This document shows positions 1 through 11,121 of a stretch of 64,000 nucleotides of DNA, piece after piece. The notes beneath the pieces are model-generated. The model ran no database searches. It was given only the letters and a program-made list of their open reading frames with translations, and was not told where the DNA came from. The stretch's first letter is position 1. The number at the start of each line of letters is the position of its first letter. The stretch comes from Yuukianura sp. NJ FZ-2021 (lineage: Eukaryota), in assembly GCA_046563655.1 (NCBI GenBank), contig CM102287.1, positions 1,426,001 through 1,490,000 of the forward strand. Direction: 5' to 3'. The translations under genes were made by a program, and so were the position numbers.

Positions 1-3000
1 CGAATTAAACAAGTTCAAGTGCACTGTGGTGCATATCAACCTTTGGTTGGACGACAGTATATCGAACTACCAAAGGAACTCAAAGGAAAGCACGGCCTTG
101 TAAATATTCGGACATCCAACTGTTTTGAATTGTCAGTGTATTGCTGCATTTTTCAAAAAGACATGGTCAACGGCGCACTGTTTGCTAGACGCCTGGTGGC
201 CGCCAAACCTCCGAAAGACATGGTTAAATTTCGTCGCCGAATATTGTCAAACTCGTCAAACTACGAAGTTTTAGTTGAGCGTCAGTACTTGAAACTAACT
301 CCGAGAATGAAAACTGATGGAGTTTCGGTTTTGGATTTGGATGAAGTTGAAGACTTGAATCCCAGTCTCTCCCTCAACCTTTATCGGTTTGAACAAGGTC
401 AGCTTGAAATTTCAAGGTCAACTCCAAGCGTGAGAAAACATCATGTCAACTTGCTTCAAATTGAAGACGGAAAAAACTCACACTTTGTTGCAATTACTGA
501 TTTTTCAAAACTAAATGCCCAATTTCATCAAAGTAATAAATTTCATTATTGCCCAAAGTGTCACAAAAAGTCACATTTTCCAAAAGCCAGTGCGAGTAGT
601 TGTTGTGAAAGTGAAGTGATTGCGCAGGCGTCAAAAAAAAAGTATTTTGAATTTGATCAGTGGCATCAACTCCTTCAAATTCCATTCATCATGTACCACA
701 AATTTTACTTTGTCGACGAAAAATCCCGTGTTTGTGACGTGACTAGTATTTCTACAAAAGTTCCTGTTGGGTTTTCGTATTTTTTGTTTGGCGATGGCGA
801 TGGAAAAATTGTGGCGACAGAAACACATTTTGGCTTGGATGTAATGGAAAAATTTATTGAAGTGGCGCTGAAATGGGCAGCCTTTGCCGTGGATAGCATC
901 GAACGTGTCAATTGTCCAATTCATTGGACAGAAGAGGAACAATTGCGACACAAACAAACTTTGACTTGCGACATTTGCCAAGGTTAGGACAGAATCATTT
1001 TGTTTTTGACAAGTTTTATAATTTAACATTTTAAATTTAAAGGCATTTTTACAAACCAAGACCCGAGTTGCGCACACCACGATCACAGGAAATTGTTTGG
1101 CAATTTCATTGGAAGCATTCATCAGTCACACAATTTACAAATTAAACACAAACATGTGCTGCCATCATTTTCCTTTTGTCATGATTACGAGCTGAAATTA
1201 CTACTTTCCAAATCAATTGAAAAATTGCAAAAGGATCCTTGGATCATCAGCGCCAAGGACGGCAAGATGCTGGGACTAATTTTTGACAGAATATTGAAAA
1301 TTAATCAAATTCAAAATTTTCGGCCCGACACGACCTTGGAGAATTTGGTGGAAGAACTCGTGGCTTCAAATCACAAATTTCCAATAATTTCCAAGTTTTT
1401 ACGAGAGGAATGTCAAGGTCAACTTGACCCAGAGTGGTTTATAACAGGAAAAGTGCAGTTTCCCAAATTTGCTTCCGTACAAGAGTTTCTTTCCAACTTT
1501 TGGACCAACGATCCTCTTCCAATGGAAAAATTTATTCAAATGTTGGGTGAAAGTGCTTCAAAAGAGTCGGTGTTTGTTTTTGAAATGTATGCCAATTCCA
1601 ACCTCATGAAATATGTGAAATTGCTTCTAAGTGTGCAGTGCCTAGTGCAAGCCGAAGTGTTTGAAAAGCAACGAAGCATAAATTGGAACGAATTTGGCCT
1701 TGAACTGGCGGGAAGTTGGACAATAAATGGCTACGCCTTCAATGCTGCTGCCTTCATGGGAAAAGTTAAAATTGAATACTTGAATGACGAACAGTTTATT
1801 GAGGACGTGGACAGGGGTTTAATGGCGGGAATTCAAGTGTTAAACAAACGAAAAGTTTTGTGCAACACTGACAGATTTGGCGCAGAATATTTTGACCCCA
1901 CACGACCTCGAATCGAGTGTCTGAGTTGTGACGTGAGTGGGAGCTACCCTTCTGTGTGCCTTGGGCCTTTGCCCTATGGTAATTACCGCCAAATGACCTC
2001 GGTAGAAATTGCGAATTTTGACTTTGTAAACCCCCCATGGGCGGAAGAAACTGGATTTGTTTTTGTGTGTGACATTCACTTTCCAGATTCTGTGCACGAA
2101 AAACTTTCTGATTTAGTTTGTCCCCCAGAAAAAAAACGAGTTTCCTTTGACAACCTCTCCAAAGTTCAGCAAGAATTTGTGAAAAATTCCAACAAAAAGT
2201 TGTCACACGAATTTTTGCTTTTGAGTCTTTCGGACAAGACTGAAATTGTCCTTCATCATCAGCTTTTGGCAATGACTTTGCGATTGGGCGGAGTGCTGAC
2301 CAAAGTGCATCGTGGATACAGTTTTTCCCAAAAGCCACTTTACGCAGAATACATTCAGCACAATTTAAATAAACGAAAATTGGCCAAAACTCGAACCGAA
2401 AAGGAACTGGCCAAATTGGCCAACGTCAGTCTCTCCGGAAAGTTTTTAAGTGATCCCGCCATGTACAACGGGGACCCTCAGCTTTGCAAAACTTCAGTCA
2501 AGGCCAAATCTCTCCTCGCTTCAAGCAATTTTGAGAGTTTTGAAATTATTAATCACAATGTGACGCTGTTTCACATGAAAAAGAAAAAGGTTTTTCGAAA
2601 ATATCTCAAATTGATTGGATTCGTCATTTATAGTGTTTCAAAAGCAGTGCTATATTCCTACGTGTACGATTACATTTATCCTGCATTCAACTACAAAATG
2701 GAGCTGGTCATGTGTAATACAGACAGTTTCATGGGAGTTTATCAAGACAGTGATGGGGATTTTCTTGAAAAGTTGAAAAGTCTAGCCGAAATTTTTGATT
2801 TTTCCGACCAAGACGGAGAGCTCTACGACAATCGAAATGCTGGAAAGGCGGGAGTTTTCAAAATTGTCAATCTAAACATTCAAGAAGCCTATCTACTTTC
2901 TCCTACCCAGTACAGCCTCTTGTTGTATCCACAACCCGGAGGAAGTGGTCAAGAGAAGTTGAAGTTCAGTGGACTGGACAAAAGTGTAACCGAAAAAAAC

Positions 3001-3213
3001 TTGAGGCACGATTTTTTTCGGGAACACGTCGAGTCGCTGGAAACCGCACAAAAAGTGTTGACCGTTGAAAGTACCCGGTTCGACGGAAGCGGCATATCGA
3101 CGATTTTGATCAATCGTCGCTCATTGGGCGCTTGGGATCTCAAGCGTCACTTTATATCAAATGAAAAATCTTTTGCGTTTGGCGATTACAGGCTCAAAAG
3201 TATCCAGCAGTAA
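1..3213 (+). CDS. Protein-primed family B DNA polymerase (Polinton-type), 5'-partial, two exons (<1-982, 1043-3213), degenerate motifs
   Basis: A 60-bp GT..AG intron (983-1042) joins ORFs 19-987 and 1093-3213 in frame, restoring CDICQG...HHDHRKLFGNFIGSIHQSHNL (the CxxC/DH-H zinc region of Polinton PolB). Motif A-like DVSGSYP, motif B-like KLANVSLSGK, motif C-like CNTDS, C-terminal DLKRH...SFAFGDY. Confidence 0.85.
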
Positions 3214-3360
3214 CGCTTGTCCGTTGGCCAAACTCCCGGGAATGTACATAAAAACCGCCGAAACCCGACCGAGGCCTCACTCACAATTTAGCACTTGAGC
3301 AAAACAAATCTTAAAAATTTACAAGTAAATTTGTTGAATTTTCAAAAAAAGTTAATCAAA

Positions 3361-4302
3361 ATGGAAATGATCTTGTGCAAAATCACATTGACCAAGTGCG
3401 GAGATCACATTGAAAATATAATGGCGGCGAGCATGACAGAAAAGAGGTGCCGAATTTCAAAAATGGGGACTCTGCATTCCTGTAAACACTCAATTTCAGA
3501 ATGTTTTTTTCAAATTTTGGAGGACAAGGGAGAAAAGGGCCCTGGAAATCATCTTTTAGGGGCAGAAGTTATTCTTTGCGTCGACGCCACAACAAAAGGT
3601 GCTTTGAAGCAAGTGGCCTTTCCCTCACCAGTTACTTTAAAACTGTACAAGACTCTGCTCCAAATCCCGCAGCCGAGAGAGGTGATTAACCGGTGGACCA
3701 TGGGAATTTTGTTAAAAGAGGCCAGAAATCAAATTTGGAAAAATACAGTGTGGACCCGGATTTCTGGAAAAATTACAAAGGGTGAGTTTAGAAAAAGAAT
3801 TTCTTTTTATGAAAAAATTTTATTTTTCGAAAAACTACATTTTATTCAACTTGTATTTAAGAAAAGTTTTTTTTTAATTTTAGCAAAAGACAATCAACCT
3901 CCACGATCTGGAAAGGATTTTAGTCTTCTACATCGCAACGGGCCAGTGAAGCTGAGCGAAAGCGATTCCAGTAGTTCCAGTAGTTCCAGCAGTGACAGTG
4001 AAAGTGAAAGTGACAATGAAAATGTGGAAATTGAAAAAAAGGAACCAGAAGTGGCAAAAAAAGATGACATGGCTTGGGCGTACGACGACGTGAGTTCTGA
4101 CGTGCCGCTTCCGGTAGACGAAAATGATCCTCCGTCGCCATTTTTAAAGTTGCCGCTTTGCGCAGATGAGCAAGACAAGGAAAATTGTGCCCCACCGTTT
4201 TCTACAGCCATGTACTCTCCACAGTTTAGTTCAATGGAAAGTGAGCGTCAATACTATTACATGTTGGGAATAGATCCACATAAATTCTATACTAGCAATT
4301 AA
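3361..4302 (+). CDS. Hypothetical protein with Ser/acidic low-complexity C-terminal half; probable in-frame intron ~3782-3883
   Basis: ATG at 3361 in a long ORF; GTGAGT donor at 3782 and a T-rich TTTTAG acceptor near 3883; AATAAA at ~4328. No recognisable domain. Confidence 0.55.
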   Translation: MEMILCKITLTKCGDHIENIMAASMTEKRCRISKMGTLHSCKHSISECFFQILEDKGEKGPGNHLLGAEVILCVDATTKGALKQVAFPSPVTLKLYKTLLQIPQPREVINRWTMGILLKEARNQIWKNTVWTRISGKITKGEFRKRISFYEKILFFEKLHFIQLVFKKSFFLILAKDNQPPRSGKDFSLLHRNGPVKLSESDSSSSSSSSSDSESESDNENVEIEKKEPEVAKKDDMAWAYDDVSSDVPLPVDENDPPSPFLKLPLCADEQDKENCAPPFSTAMYSPQFSSMESERQYYYMLGIDPHKFYTSN

Positions 4303-4504
4303 GATTTGAATCATCCTTTTTTTGTCTAATAAACACTTGCACTTTCAACTATTCTACTTTGACTTGTCCATTGCAATTTATTTCGCAATCAACGACTAAT
4401 CGGAGGAGTTTTATTACTTTTGTTTTGTCTCGGCCGGGAGTTGTCTTTTCACTTGGTTTAGTTGCGTTTCAAGTCTGATTAGATAGTCTTGGAAAAAGAA
4501 AACA

Positions 4505-5073
4505 ATGGGTGAGCCCAATTTCAAACATTTTAAATTTAAACCTAAATTTGTTTATTTTTCGAAAGTTGTACAATTTTGAAAACTTGTTTTTTTTAAATGC
4601 ACAGACTGCACAAAGCAAACTACATGCGTCAACTGCGTGAGCGGGCAGTGTTTTTGGTGGATCGACACAACTGGTCGGTCTGGATGCGTCGATGATGTGG
4701 ACAAAGTACCAAACCTAGAATTTGTCGTGGCCGAAGGAGATGCTGGCGACTGTCCGTCTTTGCCGACGCCTGCACCCGGAGAAACAAGCGTAGTGGCATG
4801 GACAGGATCCACACTTTCCGGTAATTTGAATAAAATCTCTCGTTTTGTTACAAGGGAACTAAGGGAATCTTTTTTTTTCTCATAGTTGGTCTGCTCATAG
4901 CTGTGGCTTGTATTGTGTTTCTTTGGTTGAAGCTGAAAAAGATGCGAGAAGGAAATATTACCGAGGAGAGGCAATCGATTTCTACGTCCATGCGTCGGCG
5001 CCTGCGCAGAGCGTCATATGCGGAAATCGAGCTGCAGAGTGTAAATCACGACGTCGAAGACAGTATGCTCTAG
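4505..5073 (+). CDS. Small single-pass membrane protein with Cys-rich (PSI-like) N-terminus; exons 4505-4508, 4605-4820, 4886-5073
   Basis: GT-AG introns 4509-4604 and 4821-4885 give MDCTKQTTCVNCVSGQCFWW...TLSVGLLIAVACIVFLWLKLKK...RRASYAEIELQ...SML*. The start codon is uncertain (no signal peptide seen). Confidence 0.55.
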
Positions 5074-5278
5074 GATAATTTAGCAGCATTTGTTTTCCAA
5101 ATCAAGGACCAAATTCAATACATTAAAAATCTAAAATTGACCTTGAAATTACTTTACAACTTATTGTTTAAATTTCCAAGCTAGGGTTCATTTCGTTCAA
5201 ATTTCAAGGAAAATCCTTTCAGTCTTAACATTCGCCTTAAATTTGCGTTTTTTTCTTTTGGAGAGTTTTGGAGAGAAA

Positions 5279-5644
5279 ATGGAAATTTTCATTTGGTACG
5301 GAATTGCAGGTAAGACGTAACGTAGGCTATTTTTAATTACAAAAGTTTCTATTATGGTGTTTGCTGCAGGCTTTCTGGCTTTCGTGGCAGTTGGGTTAAG
5401 CTGCGCACTTTGGATAACATGTCGGCGGCTGCGCAAGGGTACTGCGCAGTACACCGAACTCAGTAAAGTTCGGATTCTGCACCGAAGAGACACTGGCCGC
5501 TCTGGGATTTATATTGGCCTCAAAGATCTTGTGCCACCAGCAGCCTCCGGAGGTGTCATGACCGCCCGCCCACTGCCAAAAATGGCTAGTGCGTCTGCTC
5601 TCAAAATTCCAGTCCCACCACCGCTGCCACCGACCGCACTTTAG
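5279..5644 (+). CDS. Small N-terminally anchored membrane protein with Pro-rich tail; exons 5279-5309, 5370-5644
   Basis: A 60-bp GTAAG..TGCAG intron (5310-5369) gives MEIFIWYGIAGFLAFVAVGLSCALWITCRRLRKG-TAQYTEL...PVPPPLPPTAL*. Confidence 0.6.
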
Positions 5645-6055
5645 TGGGAATGCCAAAATACCTGCATCTTTCTTGAAGATGGAATCGCATTATGAAAACT
5701 TTAAAGTTCAATTCAAAATAATTGAGAAAAAAAATACCACCAAATTAAATTTATACAAAATTTCCAAAAAAAAAAATCAAACCACGAATATCACATTCCT
5801 GATAAAAACCTCCCACTACAAAAATAAAAATTCCAAATGTAGCACAGTTTGTGCCGATTTATTAACAACACTTGAATTCAAAAATAAAAAATTGGCGCCA
5901 GAAAGCCAAGGTTGCAAACTTTTTTTTTTCTTGAAAACAAAATGTCATGGCCGAAACTAGACTGTGCTGTAGGTCTGTTTCTTTCCTCAACCGGACGGGC
6001 ACCACCTTCCACTGGCTGTAAATAACAAAAAAAACTTTTTAGCAAAATAATTTTC

Positions 6056-6520
6056 CTAGTAATTATTTTTCTTACCTCGACGGGCCATTAGAGCAGCACG
6101 AAGACGCCAGTGGGCTTCCCGGGCTTGCTGCTCGGCCCAGTACTCGAACTGGTCTCGATCCTTCTGCTCTTCCTCGGCTGCAATTCTTCGACGTGCTGCC
6201 GCCGGGAAGATGACGTCCAAGGCCCAAAACACCCAAGACGCAAACCAGCAAATTTGGCCTCGGGAGACGTCGTCCAGGGCAATGGCCGCTTCCGACGAAA
6301 TTCCTTCGCGGTCAAAATGTTGAAGTCGTCTTGTCACCGCGACAAGGCGCAGAAACTTTAATGCGCCGACAAAAACATCACCACACTCAACAAACTTTCG
6401 TTTGCAAGTCGCAAACAAATCTCGCCTTGGCACCGTAGGTGCCGCCCCACCACAGCCACAGTCCCAACTGTCACACAAACAGACGGGCTGTTCGGGCGCT
6501 TTTACAAAAACGTTGCCCAT
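6056..6520 (-). CDS. Hypothetical protein, 154 aa (MGN... start, Cys cluster)
   Basis: AAAATG start, GC-richer than its flanks, CLCDSWDCGC cluster, possible Gly2 myristoylation; no family recognised. Confidence 0.45.
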   Translation of the reverse strand: MGNVFVKAPEQPVCLCDSWDCGCGGAAPTVPRRDLFATCKRKFVECGDVFVGALKFLRLVAVTRRLQHFDREGISSEAAIALDDVSRGQICWFASWVFWALDVIFPAAARRRIAAEEEQKDRDQFEYWAEQQAREAHWRLRAALMARRGKKNNY

Positions 6521-6924
6521 TTTGTCTGAAAATTGGTTTCTTGTTATGTGCTACCGAACTTGGCTAGGTCTAGATGAAATCTAAATTCAAAAACCATTGT
6601 CTTGTCCTCGAGAGAATAAATTTACAACAAATATAAAAAACAAAAGAGAAACCACGATAAGAGGCCTCTTTTGCAAAATCTCACTCTCACGGTCCGAGAA
6701 AGAGTCCTTTAGATTACAATTTTTTTTTTTGGAGTGACACGATGCATTTTTTTTTAATCAATCCTGTACATCCATTTGACTTGCAAAGTTAAACTTTGCC
6801 AGCAATGTATGAAATGAGCGCAAGAAATTAATGCGCGGAGATCAACGTGGTCATATTTATGCCGAATAATAACATAAAATTGCAAGGTTTCCGCGATGCA
6901 CAAAAATGTGTTCATTGTCACCGG

Positions 6925-7555
6925 TGTGCACAAAAAATAAGTACAAAAAATTTCGTGCAAACGCTGGTTTTTATGACGCAAAAGTGTTTGCATTTTATAT
7001 ACGAGTCACCAAATTAACAAAATACACAGTGTTGCTAGTGTGCACGGAAATGAGCACAAAAAAAATTCGTGCAAACACTGGTTTTTATGACGCAAAAGTG
7101 TTTGCATTTTATATACGTGTCACCAAATTAACAAAATACACAGTGTTGCCAGTGTGCACGGAAATGAGCACAAAAAATTTCGTGCAAACACTGGTTTTTA
7201 TGACCCAAAAGTGTTTGCATTTTATATACGAGTCAATAAATTAACAATATACACAGTGTTGCCAGTGTGCACGGAAATGAGCACAAAAAATTTCGTGCAA
7301 ACACTGGTTTTTATGACGCAAAAGTGTTTGCATTTTATATACGAGCCACCAAATTAACAAAATACACAGTGTTGCCAGTGTGCACGGAAATGAGCACAAA
7401 AAATTTCGTGCAAACACTGGTTTTTATGACGCAAAAGTGTTTGCATTTTATACACGAGTCACCAAATTAACAAAATACACAGTGTTGCCAGTGTGCACGG
7501 AAATGAGCACAAAAAAAATTCGTGCAAACACTGGTTTTTATGACGCAAAAGTGGT
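6925..7555. repeat. 113-bp tandem repeat, ~5.5 near-identical copies
   Basis: Unit GTGTGCACGGAAATGAGCACAAAAAATTTCGTGCAAACACTGGTTTTTATGACGCAAAAGTG...; identical short ORFs start at 7154, 7267 and 7380 (113-bp spacing). Confidence 0.95.
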
Positions 7556-7703
7556 CGCATATCACGTTTGAGTTTATGTGAGGGACAAAAATCTCACTCG
7601 GGTAGTTTGGTCGATTCAGTGGAATAGCAACCCCTTGCAACAGCTGATTCCTGCCAAACTAAACTTCAGTAGCGATTTGGGGAAAAGTTTATCTCGACAT
7701 AAA

Positions 7704-8638
7704 ATGTCTACCAACGAAAAGCCACGGGTAAGTCATTTCAATTAAATGTAGTTTTCATATAAAAATTAAAGAAAGAGTGACCGAAAGTGGACATTTGAAT
7801 TCATTTAATTTATTTTATATACAGAAACATGCGACAACGGGATTTTACTATATGCCAAGTGACTCGAAGGCTTTGGAACGGCTGAATAGTCTTGCCGTGG
7901 AAAACTTTGTTAGGACCGAATCCATCTGCCATGACGGGGTAGAACTCAGCAAGGACTTTCCTGGAGGAGTCTGGTTCTACGTCTACTACGAGGAAAAGCT
8001 TGAAGGACTGGGACTAAAAGCTGCAAAACAAATTCAAGCCAACGTCGACTTGATGCTTTATGCTGGCGACATAATAACGGAAAATGACAGAGCTCACATG
8101 GAGGAACGCGAAGGGCGTACTGGAAGGGGTAAGCTTGACCAGTTTTGAAATGCAGAATTTCAGATGTTAATTTTTGGTTTTTTATTATCAATTTCCAGTA
8201 CTGACAAACTACCTCTTCGAAGTCAGCAGAAACGCGTATATCGATGCTCGAAAACGTGGCAACGCTGCGCGGTTTATTAATCACGCGTGCAACCCAAAAG
8301 TTCGGAACATCAGATACGAGGCATGCAGAGTGAATGGAAGATGTGCCGTCAAGGTCCGAACACGAGTACCAGTCAGCCGCGGTCAAATTCTTTGGGGAAA
8401 ATACGCCAGTTCCTCTCAGCCAATCGCAGAACGCTACAAAATCGAACACTGCCGATGCCCGGAAACAAATAATCACATCATCGGCAAAGGAGCAAAACAA
8501 CGTCATTTGAACCAGGCTCGAGGCAAAAACAAACAATTTGTGAAGCAGGGTCATTTGCCTGGAGGGCGTGGATTTGCCCCAAAGCCAAAGCTAAGGCCAG
8601 ACACTGAATCATCCGACTACAGTGACGAAGACAATTAG
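7704..8638 (+). CDS. SET-domain lysine methyltransferase (SET2/NSD/ASH1-like core); exons 7704-7727, 7825-8128, 8199-8638
   Basis: GTAAG..CAG introns 7728-7824 and 8129-8198 preserve the frame. Motifs GLGLKA, YAGDII, NYLF, IDARKRGNAARFINHACNP and post-SET-like CRC. Confidence 0.85.
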
Positions 8639-8753
8639 TTGTTAATTTATATCATAACAGTTACATTTAAAATTTTCATTTTTTTATTAAAATTCCATTG
8701 TTGTGAAAATTTCATTGTTGCCAAAATTCCCATTGTTGTATTTTTTTTTTGTA

Positions 8754-8926
8754 AGGGGGGCGGGGTCACGTGGGGGGTGGGGGGGGTGGATATAGGGGGG
8801 GAGGGATATATAGGGGGTGTGGGGGGTGGGGAGGGGGGGTGATGACGTCATCAAAAAACGTTTTTGCGCAGACGCGGCGGCCATTTTGAAAAAAGTCCTT
8901 TTCCCTTACCACTCCCATTAGCTACT
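8754..8926. repeat. G-rich putative terminal inverted repeat region of the Polinton-like element
   Basis: Multiple G runs, palindrome GATGACGTCATC, GCGGCCATTTTG, ending GCTACT. The partner TIR is not in the window. Confidence 0.55.
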
Positions 8927-10325
8927 ATCCACTTAATGTGTAAATGAGAACTAAATGATAACATGACATGATGTACCAGAATCACGACACGCCGTAGGCG
9001 TTGCCACTGCCCGTGGGGCAGGGGTTGACACTACGGTGTATTTATGACTACCAACTACGTTTAGTTCCTAAGTTTAGTTGCTTTGCATAGTTATAGTTAC
9101 TAAGTCCTCATGTGAATGCATTCCAATCATATTTTGAAGTACATGTGTTATAATTAGTATGAACGATAGCACCCACGATACCATACCAGGGCCCGTTTTG
9201 GAAATATGTCAAAGTTCAGACTAAGTAGTTCCAGACGACCACCGAAATGACCCAAGTGTGACTGATATGTCAAAATGATGGCCTTACTAAAATGAACAAC
9301 CTTTATAAATGCAAATTTTTTGGTCATACGTACGTACCGAATCTGAACTTTGACATCTTTGCAAAACAGGGTCTTGTAAGTGATAAGGTTGGACCTCACA
9401 TTGTCCATGACCCTGCGGCGTTGACACAGCTTCACTGGCGTTGACACGCAGGGTTCAATATTGGAATATGTACCTAAACCGATTGCGAAGCGATGAATTC
9501 GTAATGGTTTTGGGACTTTACCCGCAATAAACCCTCTCAAGAGCAGGATAACTTTTCGGGTCATTTTAGAGTATGAAGATCCGGATCATAATCAACATTT
9601 GTAAAAAAGGGTTAAAATAGTGTAAGTTTGGGGTTCCGATAGGGTGTATCTGGAGTTTCGTCGGAGTATGCAGGGGTAACTGTGGAGTTGGGGTAAACTC
9701 TGAATCGTAGTTAGAGTTAGCAGATTTGGAGTTTAGAAAGTGTTACTTTGGAGTAACTCTTCCTTTCACTCCAAATCATAATTCCGTCCCTTGTCTGAAC
9801 TGAAGAGTGAACAAGGTGTCGGAACCCCACGCCACGTTAGAATCTACAATCACTTCATCCCCATCCTCCGATAGACGAGCGAATCGTTTGCGTCCGACGC
9901 TTCTCAAGTTCACTTGTGGTCGAGCGCAGAGATGAACGGACCAGATTTCGGTTGAAGTAGGAGTCTTGGCAGTGCAAGTCAACTTGTCAGAGCATGAGCC
10001 CAAGTAGTAGCCACGGGAAACGTTCTTGAGTGCCCATCCACCTGTCAAAACAAGTCCAATTAAAAATAAGATTTAGAGTAGTTTTACAGGATTGAGAAGA
10101 GGTCAACTCACCTTGGATGAGTTGAATTTCGAAGAAGGAGCCGGCGTCTCTCTCCTCTCCTTCACAAGTGACGTTGCCAAAAGAGTCCACTGCCAAGTAC
10201 CTACCCAAGTGTGACTTGAGCGTTACGGCCTCACCGTGCTCTGCCCCCTCCAACAGCCATGTCTGTTTCTTCCGCAGGGACACTCCGTTGGCATTGGCCT
10301 TGAACCCGAAAGTTTCAGCGGTCAT

Positions 10326-11121
10326 CATACATGAAAACCTCCCTAGTACTCAAGGGGGTCTCCCGACCCTACCCAAGGGGGGGTCTCCCATTTTTTTTGT
10401 CGATTTGCCGGCCTGCGGCCGGCAAAACGACATTGGTTTGCGTTCATTCCTGATTTTTTGGAAGCAAACGCCGACATGCTTCCAAAGTCACAGTGTGTTG
10501 TGGGGACGCAATATTCGCGCCGTAGGCGCGAGCAAATTTTGAATCTGGGATGGTGAAAACGATGCGGAGACCCTTAGATTTCATTGGTGACGTTGATTTG
10601 CGCCGAAGGCGCCAGAAAATTTTGAATTTAGAGAGGCTAAAACGAAGCGGAGACCCTTAGATTTCATTGGTGACAATGATTTGCGCCGTAGGCGCCAGAA
10701 AATTTTGAATTTAGAGAGGCTAAAACGAAGCGGAGACCCTTAGATTTCATTGGTGACGTTGATTTGCGCCGAAGGCGCCCGAAAATTTTGAATTTAGAGA
10801 GGCTAAAACGAAGCGGAGACCCTTAGATTTCATTGGTGACGTTCATTTGCGCCGTAGGCGCCCGAAAATTTTGAATTTAGGGAGGCGAAAACGAAGCGGA
10901 GACCCTCGGATATCATCGGAAAGTAGCGATCGCGCCGAAGGCGCGAGAAAATTTTGAAAATTGGCACAAAAAGAAGCGATTTGGGAGACCTCTCGGTTTG
11001 TCGGAGGTCAAATTTGGGTAATCAGAGGGTCGGGTGAAATTTTTTGTCGGGGGGTCTCCCCTTGGGCCTTCGGCCCAAGGGGGTCTCCCCGATATACTTA
11101 GGTGGGAGGTTTTCATGTATG
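10326..11121. mobile_element. 796-bp non-autonomous DNA transposon (MITE; P- or hAT-type by TSD length)
   Basis: Perfect 18-bp TIR CATACATGAAAACCTCCC (10326-10343 / 11104-11121); 8-bp TSD GCGGTCAT (10318-10325, 11122-11129). Confidence 0.92.
10515..10960. repeat. 83-bp tandem repeat (~5 copies) inside the MITE
   Basis: GAGACCCTTAGATTTCATTGGTGAC...GCGCCGWAGGCGC...AAAATTTTGAATTTAG recurs at 10567, 10650, 10733 and 10816. Confidence 0.9.

Larger units (their letters stand above)
1..8926 (+). mobile_element. Right-hand part of a Polinton/Maverick-like (adintovirus-like) element; left end lies outside the window
   Basis: Contains a pPolB-family gene plus several small orphan genes. Ends in a G-rich tract followed by ...CCCATTAGCTACT (8926), i.e. 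5'-AGTAGC on the other strand, resembling the AGTAGY termini of Polintons. The matching TIR, TSD, capsid and integrase are not visible in the window. Confidence 0.65.

Noticed and set aside
6906..7571. Repeated ORFs or CRISPR-like appearance of the 113-bp array
   Set aside because: Contiguous tandem units with no unique spacers and no cas genes; the ORFs are by-products of the repeat.
9154..9564. 136-aa minus-strand ORF between the Polinton end and fascin
   Set aside because: No recognisable motif or splice structure; probably a TE remnant or non-coding.
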